From positions 64,852,001 to 64,916,000 of the forward strand of contig OX597831.1 in assembly GCA_951406725.2 (NCBI GenBank): a stretch of DNA of 64,000 bases, read 5' to 3'. This document shows, in pieces, positions 24,468 through 37,787 of this stretch. Under the pieces are notes generated by a model that did no database searches, had not been told where the DNA came from, and was given only the letters and a program-made list of their open reading frames with translations. Source of the DNA: Octopus vulgaris. Taxonomy: Eukaryota. A program made the position numbers and the translations under genes. How positions within the stretch are numbered: position 1 is the first letter of the stretch; each line of letters begins with the position of its first letter.

Positions 24468-24880
24468 CTCTCTTTACTCTTTTACTCTTTTACATGTTTC
24501 AGTCATTTGACTGCGGCCATGCTGGGGCACCGCCTTTAATCGAGCAACTCGACCCCGGGACTTATTCTTTTGTAAGTCCAGTACTTATTCTATCGGTCTC
24601 TTTTGCCGAACCGCTAAGTAACGGGGACATAAACACACCAGCATCTGTTGTCAAGCAATGGTAGGGGGACAAACACAGATACACAAACACACACACGCAT
24701 ATACATATACATATATACGACGGGCTTCTTCCAGTTTCCGTCTACCAAATCCACTCACAAGGCTTTGGTTGACCCGATGCTATAGTAGAAGACACTTGCC
24801 CAAGGTGCCACGAAGTGGGACTGAACCAGGAACCATGTGGTTGGTAAACAAGCTACTTACCACACAGTCACTCCTACGCT
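24468..24880 (-). mobile_element. Family B SINE
   Basis: Near full-length copy. Confidence 0.9.
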
Positions 24881-24904
24881 ACTACCTGATTTGTTAACAA
24901 GGAT

Positions 24905-25160
24905 GTTTGTGGCCACACATTCTCATTGTAAATGTGGATCGTTTTAAGATTTTTGTTTAGTTTCTTGTTTGATGGCTTCTTTAAGCTTTTTGAGTATCTC
25001 AATGTATTGCTCATTCTTCGTGGTAAAGCCACGTTTCAGAAAATCACGGAGAAGGACACTTGTGGTCCCCACCGAAGCAGTAACAACGATTTTCTTTGTT
25101 GATCGCTGACGTTTGAATTTTTGAGGCAATGGAGAAGGGGTGTGACGCCACTCGATGGCT
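24905..25160 (-). mobile_element. mariner transposase remnant
   Basis: WRHTPSPLPQKFKRQRSTKKIVVT..VLLRDFLKRGFT..EQYIEILKKLKEAIK matches the mariner catalytic-domain segment. Confidence 0.8.
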
Positions 25161-25514
25161 GGAATCTTTACCTTTTGACCGGCAGATTTAGAAAATAGTT
25201 TTTTTGTAACTAAACACTTTCAAACTTCGGACACTGGTAGATCTTTAATATTTTCATTTTCTCTAGTTACCTTCAGAAAAAATATATCCAATGTTGTGAG
25301 GCAGTAAAAGGACCCCTACGTGATCGTCAAATTGGACTCTCATGTTGGATAATGTCCTCCGAAATAACCTATATTTGAATAGATGAGGTGGTCACGGATA
25401 GATTGCCTTTCGCTTCGGTCACATCAGGAGTTAAGCAGCAACAAATCCAATACGGTCTGGCATTCTCAAATCTGATATAATATATTCATTTAGAAATTTT
25501 TTTAGATGCTTTAA

Positions 25515-26372
25515 GGGAATGCAGGACAACTCAACATCAGGAATATTGATTAATAAATAATTTATTCGTTTTATCACATTATTCGGTATTTATAAAAGAT
25601 TAATTTAATACATGACATAAATTAAAAAAATTCGAATAAAAGTGATTGAAAAACTATACATTTTTAATACTAGGCTAAAATTTAAATGAGAAATTTACTG
25701 AATGCTGTATGCAATTCCCTTCAAATAGTTTGTGGGAGATCGTTCTGAAAAAGAGGAAACAATATGCAGAATTCTATCATCTGTCTTCATAAACTTATTC
25801 AGTTTAATGTCGACCTCAAGAGCTGTGACTGCCAACATCGGTAGAAAAATATGAATTCTTGGTATTCCTTCTTTGAATGGTTTAGAGCAATCTAAATACC
25901 TTCAACACAAGTTAAATAGGCCGTTATGATTGGAGGCGCAATGGCCCAGTGGTTAGGGCAGCGGACTCGCGGTTTCGATTCCCAGACCGGGCGTTGTGAG
26001 TGTTTATTGAGCGAAAACACCTAAAGCTCCACGAAGCTCCGGCAGGGGATGGTGGTGATCCCTGCTGTACTCTTTCACCACAACTTTCTCTCACTCTTTC
26101 TTCCTGTTTCTGTTGTACCTGTATTTCAAAGGGCCGGCCTTGTCACTCTCTGTGTCACGCTGAATATCCCCGAGAACTACGTTAAGGGTACACGTGTCTG
26201 TGGAGTTAATTTCACGAGCAGGCTGTTCCGTTGATCGGATAAACCGGAACCCTCGTCGTCGTAACCGACGGAGTGCTTCCAGGCCGTTATGACCAATAAA
26301 TTATTGCAACAAACTGCTAAATTAAAGGAGCTGGGGCCGAACGTAAAGCAAACAAACCTTTGTTCCGGAACG

Positions 26373-26457
<85 letters not shown>

Positions 26458-26707
26458 ACACATAATTATATCCTTTATGAATTACTTTTATTCGATTTTT
26501 ATAAGTTCCGCTTTTTTGTTTTATTCAAGCCATGTATTAAGATTAATCTTTTTTATAAATTTCTGATAAAGTTATAAAACGAATAAAGTATTTATTAATC
26601 AATTTTTCTGGTGTTTAGTTGTCTTGGTGTTGAGTCGTCCGGGCGTTGAGTGGACGGTGTTGAATCGAAGGTGTTGAGTCGACGGTGTTGAGTCGGAAGT
26701 TTTGAGC
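25515..26707 (-). mobile_element. MULE/foldback-type DNA transposon derivative with long TIRs
   Basis: About 120-140-bp imperfect inverted repeats (about 25525-25645 and 26480-26625), roughly 15-bp GGTGTTGAGTCG tandem repeats, and internal KFMKTDDRILHIVSSFSERSPTNYLKGIAYSIQ* (25695-25796), which resembles MULE transposase C-termini. Confidence 0.65.
25932..26280 (+). mobile_element. tRNA(Arg)-derived SINE, family A2 (same head and core as A1, different 3' half)
   Basis: Head GGAGGCGCAATGGCCCAGTGGTTAGGGCAGCGGACTCG; exact 12-bp TSD AGGCCGTTATGA at 25918-25929 and 26281-26292. Confidence 0.9.
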
Positions 26708-26905
26708 TGGCGGTGGTGAGCTGGCAGAATCGTTAGCGCACCGGCAAAGTGTTTAGCGGCGCGGCATTTTGTCCGTCTTTACGTTCTGAGTTCAAATGCT
26801 GCCGAGGTCAACTTTGCCTTTCATCCTTTCGGGATTGATAAAATAAGTGCCAACTTACGCTCCCTCGAAATTACTGGCCTTGTGCTAAAATTTGAAACTA
26901 ATATT
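26708..26905 (+). mobile_element. Family C SINE
   Basis: GGCGGTGGTGAGCTGGCAGAATCGTTAGC head and family C central block. Confidence 0.85.
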
Positions 26906-28017
26906 ATTATACATCCTTTTTTTTTTTTGCTTTGCTAAGTTTGATGCTTATGTTTATACAATTGAGTGCACGTTGAAAGAAAGGCCTAATCAGAATTAAA
27001 TTGTGCATTAATAAATTCTCTTGTTCATTGAACATTCGCAGCTCCTTAGACATTTAACGTATATCAGTTCTAGTATTTATAGTCAATATCCGCTCAGTTC
27101 ACGTCTGGTTTCATCGATTTCCACTTGAAGCACGTGTTGGAAAAGTTTGGATTCTGCTGCCGCAATATACGATACAGAACCAAACAAAAACAATAAAAAC
27201 TTGACCAAAACATTAAATAACAATCATACATTGTTTTCTTCGCCGTACGTACACAGGTAATTATTACTTTTGAAGAGCTTTCTCCTTTATTGTAGAGTGC
27301 TTTATTTAGCGAAAAAACGAGTGTGAAACACGTGACACTGAAGCATCAACAGAGAAGCAGATAAAACTTTTGCGGTGCACAATCGATGACTATGAATAAA
27401 AATAGAAGTTTCTCTAATTAACTTCTATTCATAACTTGAGGCCGTCGTCGCTCTGTGAGTATTTCCCCGCCCTGGGTTTTCCATAATATATATGCTAAAA
27501 AAAACAATTTAAAAAAAAAGGAAAAAATAACAGACTAAAAAAAAAACAAAGAAAGCGAAATGAAACAATAATTAATTTTCTTTCATATTTTCAATGAAAT
27601 CAAAACAGAAAATATTAATGTTTCTATATTTGTAAAGCTTACAAAATTTTAACAAACGATAAGAAACGATGTTTTTCTACGTATTGTCAACGCATAAAAT
27701 AATAATCGAATGCCTCGGTGGCGTATAACATTTGAGTATTTTTTCCAAAACGAACCAAATCAGTTGATTAACTGAACCATTAACTATAAATGACGTCATT
27801 AATAAATAATCAATCACTGTGTGTGTCAGTGAGTCATTAACAATGGTATGTCGTCAGTTATTTTAAGGGTTGTCACCAACAGTTTTTAATGGTAAATCAC
27901 TAAACGCTTTAAAAACTGTTCAAAGGTCGTGAATAAGTTGTTATATCAAGTCAGAGACAATAACAGTAATTTTTCAAAGGTCTCAGTTTATACGGAATAT
28001 TCTGTTGTCGCTGACGC

Positions 28018-28032
28018 TGCTGCTGCTGCTGC

Positions 28033-28102
<70 letters not shown>

Positions 28103-28190
28103 GGTGGTGGTGGTGGTGGTGGTGACAGTGGTCGTGGTGGTGCCGGCCGCTGTGCTGATCGTGAGGTTGTTGTTGTTATCGTTGTTATTT
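28018..28190. repeat. Compound (GCT)n(GTT)n(GGT)n microsatellite
   Basis: Seen directly. Confidence 0.95.
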
Positions 28191-28418
28191 AGGCGCAGGG
28201 TAGTCCTGAGATCAAACAGAACCATGATTAACCATCATAAAAGTCGTGCCATCCGTTAACCGACCACCTTTAATTCAGTCATGGTATATCCCGGAATCCA
28301 AGACCACATTGTTTAAAACAGTAGGATCTAATTTGAGGCAGATTTGACTGCTATTTCTAACAAGTCTAAGGCCTCCATCTTGGTTCGTTAGGAATGAGTC
28401 CTTTCTCAAAGGTGTGTG

Positions 28419-28477
<59 letters not shown>

Positions 28478-28778
28478 GTACTGGCTAGGTATGTCGTGCT
28501 TCTTACTACTGGACCATCGGTGTCTCAAAAAATTGTTTTATCCACAACTGAATGAAGGAAACACAGGTAAGGATAACAAAGGAGTTGGTTCCAAGAAGAA
28601 AACGTGTGGGAATCACTGACGAAGAAGCGAAGTGAAGAAGAGACGGATGATTTATGATGGCGCCAAATATTTGGACGAACAGACTTCGTCTGGGGTTACA
28701 TAGCCAATACCACCTGTCAAGTGGTGGTGGGGACAAACACAGCACAGACACACACACACATACACACACACACATACA

Positions 28779-28845
28779 CAGGTCGTCGTCGACTTACGAC
28801 CACAATTGGTTCCAACTTACTGGTCGTAAGTCGATTTGGCCATAA
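28779..28845 (+). mobile_element. Tigger/pogo-like TIR remnant
   Basis: CAGGTCGTCGTCGACTTACGACC with an internal inverted GGTCGTAAGTCGA, typical of Tigger-type ends. Confidence 0.55.
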
Positions 28846-29164
28846 TTCGGCCAATGGACCTACATAGCTTTGTTTTATATTTTCACATTCTTAAGGTACA
28901 TTCTCAGGTAAAAGTCACAGTATTCTGTATTATCCTACAACAGTGTTATTTGTTCCAAGAACAGTACCAAAGAATGCAAATACAAGAAATGCACAATGTA
29001 GTGTAAGAAACAGTTGCAAAACTTACATAAAAATTTATTGTTAACTGGTGTTTGGCTGTAGAACTTCGATGTCGTTTGTCAGCTGACGTCACCCGTAGAC
29101 GGGTTCATTTCTAAGAAATTAAACCCGTTATATTTCAACTGGATTATTTATCATTGGTGCCGGT

Positions 29165-29407
29165 TCAAATAGGTCTCCCGACGGTAGTGTATATAGTTGA
29201 GTGTGGCCTCTTTTCCAAAGTGGATGAGCTCACATTTTTCCTCCTCCAACTGCATGTTGTTTTTTTTTTATTTTGTGCCCACTTGGTTACTGTGCATAGG
29301 TCTGATTGAACCATAGTTCGATCATAAGCTCCCTTAATGACTTTCTGGAGCTTAGAGTCATCAGCAAATATTTTAATGGCACTATGTTCAATGAAATCTA
29401 CAATGTC

Positions 29408-29410
<3 letters not shown>
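29165..29410 (-). mobile_element. CR1-group LINE RT fragment
   Basis: INDIVDFIEHSAIKIFADDSKL..QSDL....WA (FADD catalytic motif). Confidence 0.85.
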
Positions 29411-29454
<44 letters not shown>

Positions 29455-29455
<1 letters not shown>

Positions 29456-29784
29456 CAATGATAAATCTCAGAGCGAGTTATAAACAGTAGCGGTAACACA
29501 TCGTGACGCATATTTGCCATTTGAATATGGCTAACCCCTAAGGGTGGATGCTACTGTAGTTTGTAGCCCCAGGAAGATACCTCCTCCAGCTGGCTATAGA
29601 CACACTTTCTGTGCCCTATCAGTATTTGTGAAGGGAAGTCATCCTTCCCGTCTTCAACTTATGATACACACGGACTCGAGTTTCAAGATACCTCCTTCCA
29701 GCTGGAGGAGGTATCTTCCTGGGGCTACAAACTACAGTAGCATCCACCCTTAGGGGTTAGCCATATTTAAATGGCAAATATGCG

Positions 29785-29788
<4 letters not shown>
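29455..29788 (-). mobile_element. Inverted-repeat Penelope-like module in a (TA)n array
   Basis: 91-bp arms (29503-29593 and 29698-29788) with 1 mismatch, 104-nt spacer, 48-nt one-sided tail; the spacer carries GAA-ACTCGAGT-C (HHR 3' half) on the minus strand. Confidence 0.65.
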
Positions 29789-29848
<60 letters not shown>

Positions 29849-29852
29849 TATA

Positions 29853-31127
29853 CAGGGTTAGTAAGGTATTTGAGGACATACATTTTTTGGGTCATTGCTA
29901 CATTTTTTACTAACTCTGTATAATCTTTGCTTCAGAAAATGATAATGCCAGACACTCAGCTTACTCAAGAAATGAAGAGGCATGCTGTTATTGTTGTTAT
30001 AAAGGTTGAGCATAGCGATTTAGAAATATCTCGATTTTTAAAAGTTGCCAGATCTTTCGTCTACAAAGTTTGTAAGGAGCTAGAAACTGAAGATGGAAAC
30101 GTATCACCAGTATCAAAGCATAAAAAAGCATTCTAAACGCTCTGAAATCATCAGAACACATGAATTTATCCAGCACGTTCAACAGACATTGATTACAATC
30201 TCAGAAAGCCCATGATGTCAATTACAAAAGAATTCCATGTGCATCAGAACGAACAGTCTGAAATGTTGTCCACGAAGACATCAGATATAAATCTTATATG
30301 ATGATGAAAGGTCAATTTGTTAGAAAAAGCAAAAGAAAATCAATACATCAAATCTAAAAGGCTCTTAAACAAACTGAAAAACGCAGCAGAAGATTTGATC
30401 TAGTTTTTCTCAAACGACGATCAAAAAGTTAACAGAAGATATGACAGATGGTTATGTGCAGACCCTTCTGAAGTTCCAAGTATTATGCATAAAAGATTTC
30501 CTGCAACTGTCATGATTTTAGGGGTTGTCAGCAATGAAGGACATATGAAGCCTCTTTACTTCTTTCCACAAGGCCTTAGAGTTAACTCTGCCGCTTACAT
30601 TGGGGTTCTGGAAATAACTTTTAAGCCCTGGATAGACAGTATATGCACTGGAAGGCTGTATCAGTTTCAGTAAGACTCTGCATTATCACACATGGCTCTA
30701 GTAACACAGGAATGGATGACTGAACATTTTCATGATCATATAACCCCTAACATTTGGCCTTCTAATTCTCCAGATCTCAATCCATTGGACTATTACATGT
30801 GGAGGATTGTTGAGTGAGAGATAAAAATATCTCAAAAATGCTATGAGGATAGAAATAAACCTTCTTTTCTATAATGTTGTTCAATAAAGCCACCTTCAGT
30901 TTCAACAACTACTTTTATATGAGATCTAAATCATCTACATGCTCAAATCAAGTGGTTCTAGTAAGTTTTGGACATTACTCTGACTATGGCAGCTTTCAAA
31001 AATTCTGTGGTGTTAAAGGCATGTTTATTTTTATCCTCATAGCATTTTTTAATAAAGTTATTATCTGTCATTATATATATGCTTTTTTATAAGTATAAAT
31101 CTGTCTTCAAATATCTTACGCACCCTG
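29853..31127 (+). mobile_element. DD37D (maT) Tc1/mariner transposon, decayed
   Basis: TIRs CAGGGT..GTAAG.TATTTGA.GACA flanked by TA; disrupted transposase with FQ*DSALSH..WPSNSPDLNPLDYYMW and 37 residues between the last two aspartates. Confidence 0.92.
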
Positions 31128-31129
31128 TA

Positions 31130-32010
31130 TATATATATAAGAAATTAAAAAAGGAAAATACGCACACTTACATAGTTTTGATATAATATTTAATATTTCG
31201 ACCAGTTTCGCTATCGCTATTTATGATATTATGTTTTACTTATTTAAATATGAAATTTTGAAGAAATTTTGTCCATGTTGTGTGTGATGAAATTTACGAG
31301 TGAATGACTCCACAAGTAGATAAATAAGGGGAGGTAATTAGTTATCGTTATTATTGTTATTGTTGTGGGTAATGGAGATAACTGTTCAGCTTCCGGTAAT
31401 GGGAGGGGAATATATATGTACAGACAAAAACAAGTTTTGAAAACCTTGTTTAGTGAGGGGATTTATGTACAGTGATGCAATCGTGAATTGAAATATGTAA
31501 AAAATAAAAGTTGGTTATGTGTGCATATTAAGACGTGTTCTGTATTTTTCAATGAAAAAAGTTTCTTTGTTTAAACGTTCATGTGGATATATTGTATTTT
31601 TGCACGGATAGAAGGGGAAGACTGTGATTTGGTTTGATGTTATCTGCACATTTTTCTATATGTTCACTGACAGGAATTTGCCTGTATTGCGGAAAATGGA
31701 TTTGCTCTTTATGTAGAGTGGTTCTCTTTCTCAAGGTCTTACTCATTTGTCCAATATAGTTGTGTCCGCAACCCGAGCAGGTTATTACATAAATTAGGTT
31801 CTCAGAGGCACAAGTGAAACTAGTTTTAATTGTGAACCTCTGTCCTTGTTTGAAAAGGAAATCCAAGCCTTCAAGTAGGTTGGGGCAGGTTCCACAGTTT
31901 GGGCGTCCACATTTTTCAACCGTTGGTTTCGTGGTTGTTTTGTAAAGCTTTGTCTTGTTTTTTGTCTTGTTTTTTTTTTTGCATTTGATGAGTTTGTGTG
32001 TTTTCATGGC
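31130..32010 (-). mobile_element. Penelope-like retroelement 3' portion with GIY-YIG endonuclease
   Basis: KCGRPNCGTC linker, TCASENLIYVITCSGCGHNYIGQ..LRKR..LH..VSEH; after a frameshift, RLNKETFFIEKYRTRLN then a stop; the 3' region has a degenerate GC-GATA-GC-GAA-ACTGGT-C HHR remnant (31200-31217) and ends at (TA)n. Confidence 0.88.
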
Positions 32011-32202
32011 CTGCACAGGTAATGTCGATCTGATGGAGGGAGTGAGCTTATGTCCACACAAGCATTTGATCACTACAAACAAATCATCTGTGTGGTTGTT
32101 CTGTAAGAAATTTTCGAACCCTTATACGTAGTCTAACGATGGGAGAGTCCATCATGTACATACACACACGCACATTTTCTCTGTCAAAAATATTCATACC
32201 TT

Positions 32203-32278
32203 GTCTCCGATGACGGAATACTCAATGCACAGATATGCTAACCAGCCACTTGGGTTATCTCAGAAACAGCTGTACGGC
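32203..32278 (+). ncRNA. Hammerhead ribozyme motif with long stem II
   Basis: CCGATGA-CGGAATACTCAA..TTGGGTTATCTCA-GAA-ACAGCTGT-A; palindromic stem III, GUA site, stem I degraded. Confidence 0.55.
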
Positions 32279-33396
32279 TTCCAATTCACCTTACCCTAAT
32301 TGAATTATTCTAAATGACTTGAGATACTCGTTCTCAGAGGTCGATGCAAGACAAAGTTGATTTCGGTAGGATTTGAACTCAGAACGCCAAGAGTCAAATG
32401 CTGCAATGGATTTTGTTCGATGCTCTAACGACTCTGCCAACCCATCGTCCATCATGGATGATACCGCAAAGGGATATTATATAACGAACGCTTCCATATT
32501 TCTAGACGATTCCGTTTGACAAAACAAAAGGTGTTGTTTATCGAGCAGACCTATGAATGAATAAAGGCATTCCAGCCACGACCATACTGTCTTTTTCTTG
32601 AGAACCCAAACCGACCATATCGTTTCCTTTTAAGAAGACAGAGTGTTATTTGAGGGAGGTTTGGCTGCTATTTTTAGCAAGTTGAGCGAAATTGCATAGA
32701 TCCCCACTTTTGCTTTAATTAAAGCAAAAGGATTAAGGATACTAGAAGCAGCTCGAGTTATTTACTTTATATCAGAATTGGTGGAAAACAGTATCATTGG
32801 TTACAAATTTCCAACAGGACAGTCACTGGTTCGTTGCGTTTTCAATGGCGAGAGAAATCGCGGAGTATCTGTAAGTCGATGCAGAACAAATATTGCAAGG
32901 AACTTCATTTTGGAGATCGCCTGTTTTTTCCAAGTTTTCTCACTTAGTTTTACATCCTTCATCGATGTACAAGTATAACACATACACACACATGTACGTA
33001 CGCACCCATGCAAGCACACACACACACGCACACACACATGACAGGTTTACGCACGGTTTATCAAATTTCATTTATTCTGGGCTATAGTAGAAAGCATCTA
33101 ATGACATGTTCGCGTAGCAAACTTCTGATCTACACTATCTACTTGTACCCAAAATGTTGACATTTATTATTTTTTTTCCGGTCTTGGCGAGATAGAAAGA
33201 AACACAACTCTTATCAGAAAAATCCATTCTTGCTCTTCAAAGAAATTATTTTTCTGTTTCGAATAAGAATTTACAAACTTTTACTGCCTTCAACATACGC
33301 TTGCAACTAAAGTGGTTTAGTTTAACAGGAACACAATAGGTTAGCATTGCTTGGTTATGTCTGATTTCTTTCTTTTTCGCTCCTTAATTTTTATAT

Positions 33397-33882
<486 letters not shown>

Positions 33883-34058
33883 GTCTGTAGCAAGAATATT
33901 TAGCAATCGAACCCGGATCACAATATCCCATGTGGAAAAAAAAATCAAGAATACGCCCGGGATTCGTTAGAATATTGCTTACGTCATCAAGAAAGTCTGA
34001 CCAATCAAGACTTTGCGTGGAGCCGGCTCTCCAACAACAATTTCATTCTCGGCGCGCT

Positions 34059-34131
<73 letters not shown>

Positions 34132-34236
34132 GTTGCTAAAAAGCATTCGTGAGGTAAAATCATGTAGCAAACCAAATGGCGGTGCCCCAGCATGGCCACA
34201 GCTCATGAGCTGAAACTGGAAAAATCAAAATCAAAA

Positions 34237-34282
<46 letters not shown>

Positions 34283-34424
34283 GAAAAAAAACGCCTTTTA
34301 TCAATTCAAAATGAACAATTAAATTACACCATCTAGAAAGTTGCATATAATAGAATTATTAAAATTAAAATAACAATAAAATACCAATGATTAAGTAAAT
34401 TGCAAAAAATAATAAAGACGTATA

Positions 34425-34487
<63 letters not shown>

Positions 34488-34602
34488 TTTGTAAGCCTAG
34501 TTATTTTATCGCCCTCTTTTGTCGAACCGCTAAGTGACAGGGACGTAAACACACTAGCATCGGTTGTCAAGCGATGATGGGGGACAATCACACACATACG
34601 CG

Positions 34603-34650
<48 letters not shown>

Positions 34651-35347
34651 ATACAAAAACACACTACAGAATGCAATAGTCAATTAAATACAAATAAAAT
34701 ATAAACAGTTATTCTTTCTATGCACCCGGGTAGTGACAAATTACTCTTATAATTTGTTATTAAATTTATTTTCATTCATCATCATCATCGCCACCACCAC
34801 TAAAGTACAAAATTTTGTCAAAAACGTTAAGAATAAACCGTGTTCTACGTGACACATTCAAACAGTATCCGAAGTTTCAAACTGTTTAGTTAAAAAAAAA
34901 ATTAATTAAAAAATCTGTGTGACTGAGATTGAAAAGATCCGAGTAGCCCATCCCACTCAAAAGGTCCCTGAATAAGGGTTGTTTAAGGATGTTGAATGAA
35001 ACGCCCATGTTTTTAAAGATGAATTATCCAAACCCCCAAAGAATTCCTTTCGGCACTTGGCTATGATGCTCCCCCACTGCTTCTGCTGGTGATCAGAGAT
35101 GCACATATCGTCAGCCACTAAGGGACATGGTCAAACAATTGACAAGCAAATCTGTGGTATTGAGCAGAATATTTGCTGTAGCCCATCTTTTATACCAAGA
35201 CAAAACAATGTACATGATAACACTTCCAATCAGTTAAGATCAGAAGCCACGAGAGCCACTGCCGGGTACTCCATCAAGGCATTTATTATCATTATTATTA
35301 TTATTATTAATAATAATAATAAAAGAATTAATCAAATAAAAGAATGT

Positions 35348-35660
<313 letters not shown>

Positions 35661-35929
35661 TGAGTATTATTTTTATTGTTTGCAAAGGTATATATCCATT
35701 TCGGATATGAAGAAATAAGATTTTTTTCAACTTGTTTTTTTTTTTTAAATATTATGAATCTTAAAATAATGTGTTATCTTGAAACTCAATTTCGTCACCC
35801 CGGGGAAGAACCGGGGAAGAAGTCTCGCTCCTAAAATGAATTGATATGAATACAGAATAAGGTTTGTTGTAGGCGGCAAATAGACGTATGTATGACGAAC
35901 AGCAGTCGGAGTGCCAAACTTAATGCTCG

Positions 35930-35960
<31 letters not shown>

Positions 35961-36317
35961 GCAGGGGCACATTTAGAGATAAACACACATACTGTGAATC
36001 AGATTGAGAGTAAACAAAATGAAATTAGAACCCTGAAAAATCGAAATGAACGAAAATTGTAATTTATTGGCTGAGATGGGTATTTGTGGCAGGGACGTCT
36101 TTCTCCTTCAGTCTACTTCGACTCTACCATAACCGCCAATGTCTAGTTCCCTTATTTCCCTTATTTCCCTTTCCTGCTTTTTCCCCCCTTACCAAATTCC
36201 CGATTCCTGCTTTTGTTATTGTATTGTCAACTCTGCCTGCACTGCCGCCGCTCTTTGTCACCAGTCACATTGGAATAAAGGGACACAATAGGCGATGTAC
36301 AGGAGAGAGAAAGGGAT

Positions 36318-36740
36318 GCGTGTGTATGTGTGTATGTTCGTGCGTGCGTGTGTGCGCGCGTACTTTTTGGCGTGCGTACGTGTGTGCGTGTGTGTATGTG
36401 TCTGACTGTGAGTGAGTGTGTGTGTCTGCCTGTGTGTGTGTGTGTGTGTATGCGTGCGTGCGTGTGTACTTTTTTGCGTGCGTACTGTGTGCGTGTGTGT
36501 ATGTGTCTGTCTGTGAGGGAGTGTGTGTGTGTGTGTGTGCGTGTGTGCGCGCGTACTTTTTTTGCGTGCGTACTGTGTGCATGTGTGTATGTGTCTGCCT
36601 GTGAGTGAGTGTGTGTATGTGTGTGCGTGCGTGTGTGCGCGCGTACTTTGTTGCGTGCGTACGTGTGTGCCTGTGAGTGCGCGCGCTCGCGCGTGTGTGT
36701 GTGTCTGTCTGTCTGTCTGTGAGTGTGTGTGTGTGAGTGG
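36318..36740. repeat. TG/CG-rich minisatellite with about 90-110-bp higher-order units
   Basis: The marker GTACTTT..GCGTGCGTAC..GTGTATGTGTCTG recurs 4 times. Confidence 0.85.
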
Positions 36741-37279
36741 CGTGAGACGTAGAGACAATGAAAATGATGGAACAGGAAAAAGCAGGGCTGGTGTAGCTGG
36801 GTTCCATACATACTTACTGTACCCTTCCCCATTCTCTCTCTTGAAGTCTAAAGATTGCCAGACACATGTTTTCCATCTTATCGATTTATTCACAAATTGT
36901 TTACAAAATTCTTCACTTCACCATGGAAAGAATTGTTAAAGTGTATCGGTGATATTAATAATGATGACTAACAGGATGTCGTTGTTACCGGTTCAACTCT
37001 CGTCGAAGCTGGCAATTCAAACTTATTTGTGAGAATAATATTTAAAACTTGGATAATTTTCGGAGGAATAATGCAAAATCGAATGGCAAACAAGAATATA
37101 TATATTCATCATATGTATGCGTGTGTGTGTGCTTGTTTGTGTGCGTGTGTGTGTGTATGTGTGTATGTGGGGGTTCTTGTTGTTTAACCTTAGTTCAACA
37201 TTATTCGAAATAAACAAAGGATAAAGGTGTTCCGGACGTGACAGTCCCGTCTTTTTATATATATGTATATTTAGGATGA

Positions 37280-37506
37280 GGCGGCTAGCTGGCAGAAACG
37301 TTAGCGCGCCGGGCGAAATGCTTAGCGGTATTTCGTCTGCCGTTACGTTCTGAGTTCAAATTCCGCCGAGGTCGACTTTGCCTTTCATCCTCTCGGGGTC
37401 GATAAATAAAGTACCAGTTTCGCACTGGGTCGATGTAATCGACTTAATCCCTTTGTCTGTCCTTGTTTGTCCCCTCTGTGTTTAGCCCCTTGTGGGTAGT
37501 AAAGAA

Positions 37507-37507
<1 letters not shown>
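37280..37507 (+). mobile_element. Family C SINE, full length
   Basis: Close to the consensus of the other copies. Confidence 0.92.
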
Positions 37508-37554
<47 letters not shown>

Positions 37555-37749
37555 ATATTTAGGACTACATTGTTTCATGTACTCCACTTTTTTTAGGACT
37601 GTAGGATGTAGGACTGAGGAAACAATGGCAACTATTTTTAGCACATCTAGAGATCTAGCGAACGCGAAAATCCTTGCGTGATGGTGATAATAAAGATGGT
37701 GGTGGTGGTGATGGTTGTGGTTGTTGTGGTGGTGGTGGTGTTGTGTGTA

Positions 37750-37787
<38 letters not shown>

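Noticed and set aside
31579-31581. TGA ending the GIY-YIG ORF as selenocysteine (as in some Naiad PLEs)
   Set aside because: The conserved C-terminus continues in another frame, so this is a frameshift; the endonuclease is C-terminal, unlike Naiads
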